Assembly: GCA_046597065.1 (NCBI GenBank)
Contig: JBKJLI010000002.1
Span: forward strand, 180,071 to 244,070
Origin: Candidatus Saccharimonadia bacterium
Lineage (GTDB): Bacteria > Patescibacteriota > Saccharimonadia > UBA4664 > SCTI01
Reading direction: 5' to 3'
Length of the DNA: 64,000 nucleotides
In this document: one piece after another, positions 58,942-64,000 of the stretch
Layout: each line of letters opens with the position of its first letter
Numbering within the stretch: the stretch's first letter is position 1
Position numbers and translations under genes: made by a program
Notes under the pieces: generated by a model
Told to the model about the DNA's origin: nothing
Databases searched by the model: none
The model's input: the letters and a program-made list of their open reading frames with translations, nothing else

Positions 58942-59963
58942 TGACCGAGCTCAAAACTGCTATTAAGCAGCTTGGCCAATTGATTGACGGTGCCAAAACA
59001 GTATTAGTCCTACAGCCTGAAAAGCCAGACACCGACAGCCTGACTAGCTCACTTGCGCTAGAACAAATATTAGGCGAGCTCGGTAAAACGGTTATTTTAT
59101 ATTGCAAAGATAAGATTCCACATTACATTTCTTACTTTGAGGGCGCAGACCGTGTAGTTGATGAGTTTCCTAAGCAATACGACATTGCCATACTTGTTGA
59201 TACCGGCGGTCCGGGGCAGGTTACTCGGACACTAGAAGATCACCAACCAAAACTGGTCAAAAAACCCTTTACGGTGATCGATCATCACCCAACACGCGAA
59301 TCGCTTCCTTTTGAAAACCTAGAGGTAGTTGATGGTAAGGCTACATCAACTAATGAGCTAATATTTGAAATTGCTGGGCAGTTGGGGTGGAAGATCAATG
59401 CCGAAGCCGCTCAGCTAATGATCCCCGGCATTTTGGCAGACACGCGCAATTTAAGCATTCCAACCGTTGGAGCTAAAGAGTTCCGCTTAGTTGCAGATCT
59501 GATTGACCAAGGAGCCGACATCTTTAAATCACACGAAGACTTTCGAAAGATTAATAGTATCTCGGTTGAGCTGGTAAAAGTTAAGGGTGAGATACTTTCG
59601 CGCATAGAAAGCTTTGCTGATGGCAAAATTTTGTTTGTGCACATCACTCCCGATGAATTAAGTAAATACGCCGAAATCCACGATCCGGCCGATTTGGTGA
59701 TGTATGAGATGCAGCGTGCTGAGGGCGTAGAGGTGGCAGTAGTCATGCGCCATTATGGTGGTGAGAGCAATAAAATTAAAGTATCTACCCGCGCCAACAT
59801 GCCGGTAGCGGGCAAAACCTGTGCTGAGTTCGGTGGCGGAGGGCACGATCGAGCCTCGGGTTGTCAGTTTAATGGTACGCCGCTTGATGATGCCAAAAAA
59901 CGCTTTATTAAGGCTCTAACTGATAATATTGAAGAATATGAAGCTCTACAACACGCTAACTAG
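58941..59963 (+). CDS. nrnA: DHH-DHHA1 phosphoesterase (NrnA-like oligoribonuclease/pAp phosphatase)
   Basis: DHH motif VIDHHP and GGGH in DHHA1. Confidence 0.8.
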   Translation: MTELKTAIKQLGQLIDGAKTVLVLQPEKPDTDSLTSSLALEQILGELGKTVILYCKDKIPHYISYFEGADRVVDEFPKQYDIAILVDTGGPGQVTRTLEDHQPKLVKKPFTVIDHHPTRESLPFENLEVVDGKATSTNELIFEIAGQLGWKINAEAAQLMIPGILADTRNLSIPTVGAKEFRLVADLIDQGADIFKSHEDFRKINSISVELVKVKGEILSRIESFADGKILFVHITPDELSKYAEIHDPADLVMYEMQRAEGVEVAVVMRHYGGESNKIKVSTRANMPVAGKTCAEFGGGGHDRASGCQFNGTPLDDAKKRFIKALTDNIEEYEALQHAN

Positions 59964-61308
59964 AAGTAAGCAGGAGTTTGTACCGATTAAAGCGGGCCAG
60001 GTGAGTCTTTATACTTGTGGCCCAACCGTCTATGACGATCTTCAAATTGGTAATTGGCGCAACCAGGTGTTTAATGATCTATTAACACGAACGCTAAGAA
60101 ACACAGGCTTAAAAGTTAATCGAGTAATGAACATTACCAATGTTGGCCATCTTGTTAGTGACGGAGACGAAGGTGAAGATAAGCTAGAAAAGGGCGCTAA
60201 GCGCGAAGGTAAAAGCGTCTGGCAAATAGCCGAACATTATACGGATGCCTACTACCGTGATCTTAAGCTGCTAAATATTCAATTGCCAAACACCGTAATT
60301 AAGGCTACGGACGCCATTAAAAGCCAAATCGACTTGATCAAAATTCTGATTGATAAGGATTTTGCTTACCCAGCCAAGCAAGCCATATATTTTGACGTCG
60401 GTAGGCTTGCAGACTATGGCAAGTTATCGAGTCAAAACTTGGCAGATAAAGAGGTAGGCGCCCGCAAAGAAGTAGTTACCGACCCCGAAAAGCGTCATCC
60501 TCAAGATTTTGCCTTATGGTTTTTTACGGTTGGGCATTATAGCGATCATGAAATGCGTTGGCCAAGCCCATGGGGTGATGGATTCCCCGGATGGCACCTA
60601 GAATGCTCGGCTATAATTCATCAGTCTTTAGGTGAGCCGATTGATATCCATACTGGCGGTGTCGATCATATTGGAACACACCATACCAACGAAATAGCCC
60701 AGTCTGAAGCCGCTTACGGAAAACGCCTAGCAAATTTTTGGCTACACAATGAGTTTCTGCTTATCGACGGTCAGCGGATGGGTAAGTCACTAGGAAACTT
60801 CATCACTCTGAACGATGTTATAAAACACAATATCGATCCGCTGGCGCTGCGCATGCTTTATTTGCAGGCTCATTACCGATCCCAACAGAACTTCACGTGG
60901 GAGGCTTTAGGAGCAGCTAACAACCTTCTAAGTAACTTAAGGGCATGGGCCGATTTAAGTTTCCAAATCAAAACAAACGAATATGATGAGCAGTATAAGC
61001 AGTTTGTGGCGGCCATGGAAGATGATCTAAACACACCCAAAGCACTAGTTATTTTAAGCCAACTGGTGACATTAGCTGATGCTCCCAGTTCTGATCTGCT
61101 GGAAAAGCTAGACTCATATCTTGGCCTAGAGTTGTCTTTGCGCAAAGATATTACCGCCGAGCAAAAGCAGGTAATTAGCGAAAGACAAATTGCTCGTGAA
61201 TCCGGAGACTTTATAAAATCCGATAAACTGCGCGACGAGTTATTGCAGGACGGCCTAGAGGTCGATGATATCCCCAGCGGCTCGCGCTGGCGTCGAAAGT
61301 TTAACTAA
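59929..61308 (+). CDS. cysS: cysteine--tRNA ligase
   Basis: HIGH-region equivalent, KMSKS as RMGKSLGN, Zn-binding Cys/His. Confidence 0.9.
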   Translation: MKNMKLYNTLTRSKQEFVPIKAGQVSLYTCGPTVYDDLQIGNWRNQVFNDLLTRTLRNTGLKVNRVMNITNVGHLVSDGDEGEDKLEKGAKREGKSVWQIAEHYTDAYYRDLKLLNIQLPNTVIKATDAIKSQIDLIKILIDKDFAYPAKQAIYFDVGRLADYGKLSSQNLADKEVGARKEVVTDPEKRHPQDFALWFFTVGHYSDHEMRWPSPWGDGFPGWHLECSAIIHQSLGEPIDIHTGGVDHIGTHHTNEIAQSEAAYGKRLANFWLHNEFLLIDGQRMGKSLGNFITLNDVIKHNIDPLALRMLYLQAHYRSQQNFTWEALGAANNLLSNLRAWADLSFQIKTNEYDEQYKQFVAAMEDDLNTPKALVILSQLVTLADAPSSDLLEKLDSYLGLELSLRKDITAEQKQVISERQIARESGDFIKSDKLRDELLQDGLEVDDIPSGSRWRRKFN

Positions 61309-62350
61309 CCGCCTTTATTCGTTCGCCATAAAGGTGCATCAAGATAACTTTAATGCTGGCAGCTATTGGTATGGCTACTAGGGCGCCAAACAGGCCTCCT
61401 AGTACTGTGCCAATTAATAGGGCAATCGTTACAACTAAGGGCGTTAATTCGGTAGATTTTCCATAAACCAATGGCTGCAAGACATTGTTTTCTACCTGTT
61501 GGTATACTAAGAAAAAGATTGCCATAACAATGGCCGCACTTGTAGAAGTAAACAATGCCACAATTACTACGATTACGGCTGCAATACTTGCGCCTACTAG
61601 CGGAATAAGATCAAATATTCCTACTATTAAGGCTAAGGGCACGGCGTAGGGAATGCCCAAAATTGTTAGCATGATAGCAGCAGTCACCCCGGCTATACCA
61701 CTGGTAAAGAAGTTTCCGTTAACATAGCCGGTAACCGCTCGATACATTTGTGTGGCTAACAGTTGATTACGTTCACGGTGTTTGGGTGGATTTAGCGCCC
61801 AAAATGTCTTCATCCAAATAGGTGCTTCGAGCAACATGAAAAAAGTTAGGGTAAAAATAGTTAGCCCGGCGGCAATTCCACTAAAAACGTTGCCAACAAT
61901 ATTAACGGCCGAACCGGTGGCGGTAGATAGATATTCAAATATATTGTTAGATGCTTTGGCAACGCGATCACCAAAGTTGTACTGCCTTGCTATGTCACCA
62001 AACGGTCCGTGCATGTTTTGCAACTGATCAACTGCGTTGGGGATTGAGCGGGTTAGCTGTTGCGACTGCTCAATTAAAGGTGGTGCAAAGCTGTATATGA
62101 TCACACCTAGCAGCCCAAAAAAGCCCAATAAAACTAGCATGATGCCAGCGCCTCGGCTACGGCGGGGAAGATAATGGGCTAAAAAAGACACCAGGGGGTT
62201 TAGTGCAAGTGCTAAGAATATAGAGGCCGCGATCCATAGTAGCGGCTGCTGAATCATTATTAAAACACGCCCAAGAATTATAAATACGGCTACCGAGATT
62301 AGAACCCTAAAGATGGTACGATTTTCTATACGGATCGTTTGCATAAACAC
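61301..62350 (-). CDS. AI-2E family transporter (PerM/UPF0118)
   Basis: 8-TM AI-2E topology; convergent 8-nt overlap with cysS. Confidence 0.8.
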   Translation of the reverse strand: MFMQTIRIENRTIFRVLISVAVFIILGRVLIMIQQPLLWIAASIFLALALNPLVSFLAHYLPRRSRGAGIMLVLLGFFGLLGVIIYSFAPPLIEQSQQLTRSIPNAVDQLQNMHGPFGDIARQYNFGDRVAKASNNIFEYLSTATGSAVNIVGNVFSGIAAGLTIFTLTFFMLLEAPIWMKTFWALNPPKHRERNQLLATQMYRAVTGYVNGNFFTSGIAGVTAAIMLTILGIPYAVPLALIVGIFDLIPLVGASIAAVIVVIVALFTSTSAAIVMAIFFLVYQQVENNVLQPLVYGKSTELTPLVVTIALLIGTVLGGLFGALVAIPIAASIKVILMHLYGERIKAVS

Positions 62351-62440
62351 ATTATATCTCGGCTGAGTGAAAGCTCAACGCTTTTAACTTACATAAGCGT
62401 TGTGGCTACTCCTGATTTCGGCTACAATACACAGGTTTGA

Positions 62441-62515
62441 TGGGGCGTGGCCAAGTGGTAAGGCACCAGGTTTTGGTCCTGGCATTCGGGGGTTCGAATC
62501 CCTCCGCCCCAGCCA
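62441..62515 (+). tRNA. tRNA-Gln (anticodon TTG)
   Basis: Acceptor TGGGGCG/CGCCCCA, anticodon loop TTTTGGT, CCA encoded. Confidence 0.85.
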
Positions 62516-62541
62516 AGTAATTATTAGAAATATCGACAGTA

Positions 62542-63225
62542 TTATTCATTTCCACCGGCTTTTTTTGAGTCGATTCCGTCTAAAATTAGATCCAGCCCAA
62601 ACTCAAATTCTTTTATTGTCCTGTAGCCGGAGCTTGTTACATGCTCCCTAATTAACTGCCCCACATAGGGGTAAAGATCAAATGGGAACTGCGCAATAAT
62701 ATCTTTGCCCATATTTGCCTCTTGCTCTATTGATTCGGTCGGTGATCTTAGCTGCTGTGCAAATCCAAATGTATAGCTATCTAGGATCGAGATGGTATGG
62801 GCCACCATACCGATAGAGAACCCTTCCTCGCTTAAGCATTTAACTGTTGAGTTAATAAGTCTCATCGACGCGACCCCCGGCTTGAGCCTTGATTCCATTA
62901 AAGGGACTGCCCAAGGATGCCGGGCCAGCGCATGTAGTGCCGAAACGGCTCGCTGTCGCATTGCCGCAATCCAGCCTATTGAGCTCAGTGGAATCTCTAT
63001 CTCGCCGTGAACGCTATCAACCATGCCATCAATCAGATCCTCTTTATTGGCAAAATGATGATATATCGCCATTCCCTTTACACCAAGTGACATGCCCAAC
63101 TTGCGCATGCTGAGTGCCTCCATGCCGCCCATATCAGCAATTTTAATGGCAGCGATTATTACATTTTGCTTGGTAAGCGGTCTTTGGCTAGAAGTTATTT
63201 CATTGGAATCGTTTGATTTATTCAT
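62542..63225 (-). CDS. TetR/AcrR-family transcriptional regulator
   Basis: N-terminal HTH (LSMRKLGMSLGVKGMAIYHHFANKEDL) and TetR_C-like domain. Confidence 0.8.
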   Translation of the reverse strand: MNKSNDSNEITSSQRPLTKQNVIIAAIKIADMGGMEALSMRKLGMSLGVKGMAIYHHFANKEDLIDGMVDSVHGEIEIPLSSIGWIAAMRQRAVSALHALARHPWAVPLMESRLKPGVASMRLINSTVKCLSEEGFSIGMVAHTISILDSYTFGFAQQLRSPTESIEQEANMGKDIIAQFPFDLYPYVGQLIREHVTSSGYRTIKEFEFGLDLILDGIDSKKAGGNE

Positions 63226-63266
63226 CCGTTGTTGTCGAAGTTATATTCATGATTATATATAATAAT

Positions 63267-63281
63267 CTTTACAGTGTAAAG
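63267..63281. promoter_or_regulatory. candidate TetR operator: palindrome CTTTACA-g-TGTAAAG plus adjacent half-site repeat TGTAAGG
   Basis: Perfect 7-bp arms in the divergent intergenic region. Confidence 0.45.
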
Positions 63282-63329
63282 TTGAAGGTGTAAGGTTTTA
63301 ATAATAGAAAGATAAATAGAGGATTTTAT

Positions 63330-64000
63330 ATGAACAGCAGCGAATCAAATGCAAAGGGTGCGTTAACACACAGAAATATATCATTATCGGCAGGTTTACT
63401 GTATCTGCTTACGTTTGTATCTGTGCCAACGCTTGCTCTCTACACTCAAGTAAAAAGTGCAAACTATATTATTGGTAACGGACCCGATACAGCTGCAATC
63501 ATAGGGGGCCTATTAGAAATAACCATCGCCCTTGCCGGAATTAGTACCGCAGTTGTGCTATACCCTTTGCTTAAAAAGCAGAATGAAATTGCCGCGCTTG
63601 GCCTTGTGGCAGCACGTGTACTTGAGTCTAGTACCATTTTTGTTGGCGTAGCGTTCATACTTACGATTGTAACCATGCGGCAAACCGGTGCGGGTTTGGA
63701 TGCATTGGCCGCAAGCCATACGCTAGCCACACTGTATGATCGCATTTTTTTGCTAGGGCAAAGCTTTATGCCCGCCATATGTGATCTGCTCCTAGGTATC
63801 ATGCTATACCAGTCGCGCTTGGTACCCCGAGCTCTTTCAATAATTGGAATACTTGGTGCTCCTCTGCTGGTAGCTGGTTATCTAGCAGTGATGTTTGGGC
63901 TAGTAGGGCAACATGCCCCCTTGGCGGGTTTGTCTGCAATTTTGGTTGCACTGTTTGAGTTTTCGTTAGGTATATGGCTAATAGTAAAAGGATTCAACTC
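63330..64000 (+). CDS. DUF4386-like polytopic membrane protein (3' end outside window)
   Basis: ATG with AGAGGA SD, translated by hand (MNSSESNAKGALTHRNISLSAGLLYLLTF..); divergent from TetR; minus-strand ORF 63464-63802 is its shadow. Confidence 0.5.
   Translation, partial: MNSSESNAKGALTHRNISLSAGLLYLLTFVSVPTLALYTQVKSANYIIGNGPDTAAIIGGLLEITIALAGISTAVVLYPLLKKQNEIAALGLVAARVLESSTIFVGVAFILTIVTMRQTGAGLDALAASHTLATLYDRIFLLGQSFMPAICDLLLGIMLYQSRLVPRALSIIGILGAPLLVAGYLAVMFGLVGQHAPLAGLSAILVALFEFSLGIWLIVKGFN

Noticed and set aside
63464-63802. Minus-strand 112-aa ORF
   Set aside because: Shadow of the plus-strand DUF4386 membrane gene that starts at 63330 with a good SD.

Overview
This 64-kb bacterial window is almost entirely plus-strand and is dominated by the core transcription/translation 'ribosomal superoperon'. 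Hand-derived coordinates for tRNAs, promoters and hairpins may be off by 1-2 nt.

Gene order, left to right:
- recG 3' end, a Zn-dependent phospholipase-C-fold protein, rsmD, tRNA-Leu(TAG), a GC-rich orphan ORF, tig, clpP.
- A long structured leader, then rpoB-rpoC, then rpsL-rpsG-fusA-tuf with rpsJ directly attached, then an intrinsic terminator.
- A ~4.4-kb cargo block: MIP/aquaporin channel, HdeD-like DUF308 protein, an unannotated 40-aa Cys/His-rich ORF, two tandem paralogous membrane proteins, rarA and a small membrane protein.
- A new promoter, then rplC-rplD-rplW-rplB-rpsS-rplV-rpsC-rplP-rpmC-rpsQ-rplN-rplX-rplE-rpsN(Zn type)-rpsH-rplF-rplR-rpsE-rplO-secY-infA-rpmJ-rpsM-rpsK-rpsD-rpoA-rplQ-rplM-rpsI. 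There is no rpmD (L30) and no adk/map.
- A terminator, then a GC-rich orphan ORF on the minus strand with a highly structured 5' leader, an FMN reductase (minus strand), an RCK K+ channel, rluD, holB and a TPR protein.
- tRNA-Thr/Tyr/Thr, rpmG, tRNA-Trp, msrB-msrA, a DUF218 protein, ndh type II, aspS lacking the GAD domain, and a secreted Gly/Ser-rich protein paired with a Zn-ribbon polytopic membrane protein.
- secE-nusG-rplK-rplA (with a ~95-aa acidic N-terminal extension), the L10 leader, rplJ-rplL, a hypothetical, dnaX, dnaB.
- A GtrA/GT2/two GT-C glycosylation cassette, ybaB-recR, nrnA, cysS, an AI-2E transporter (minus strand), tRNA-Gln, and a TetR regulator divergent from a DUF4386 membrane protein.

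No rRNA, CRISPR array, transposase or integrase is visible. GC is about 48% overall. TGA is used as a stop codon, so the genetic code is standard.

The compact overlapping genes, absent L30, GAD-less AspRS and lysine-rich tails on ribosomal proteins suggest a reduced-genome Patescibacteria/CPR-type organism, possibly Saccharibacteria-like. That placement is inference only.

The most unusual signals are:
- The conserved ribosomal cluster is split repeatedly by accessory cargo.
- Two higher-GC orphan genes, one with a start-codon-occluding hairpin in its 5' leader.
- A small Cys-rich ORF with a tandem membrane-paralog module.
- Terminator-like hairpins sit just downstream of consensus-like promoter boxes before rpoB and rplJ; at secE the hairpin sits between a promoter and the start codon.
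- A possible frameshift site in dnaX.
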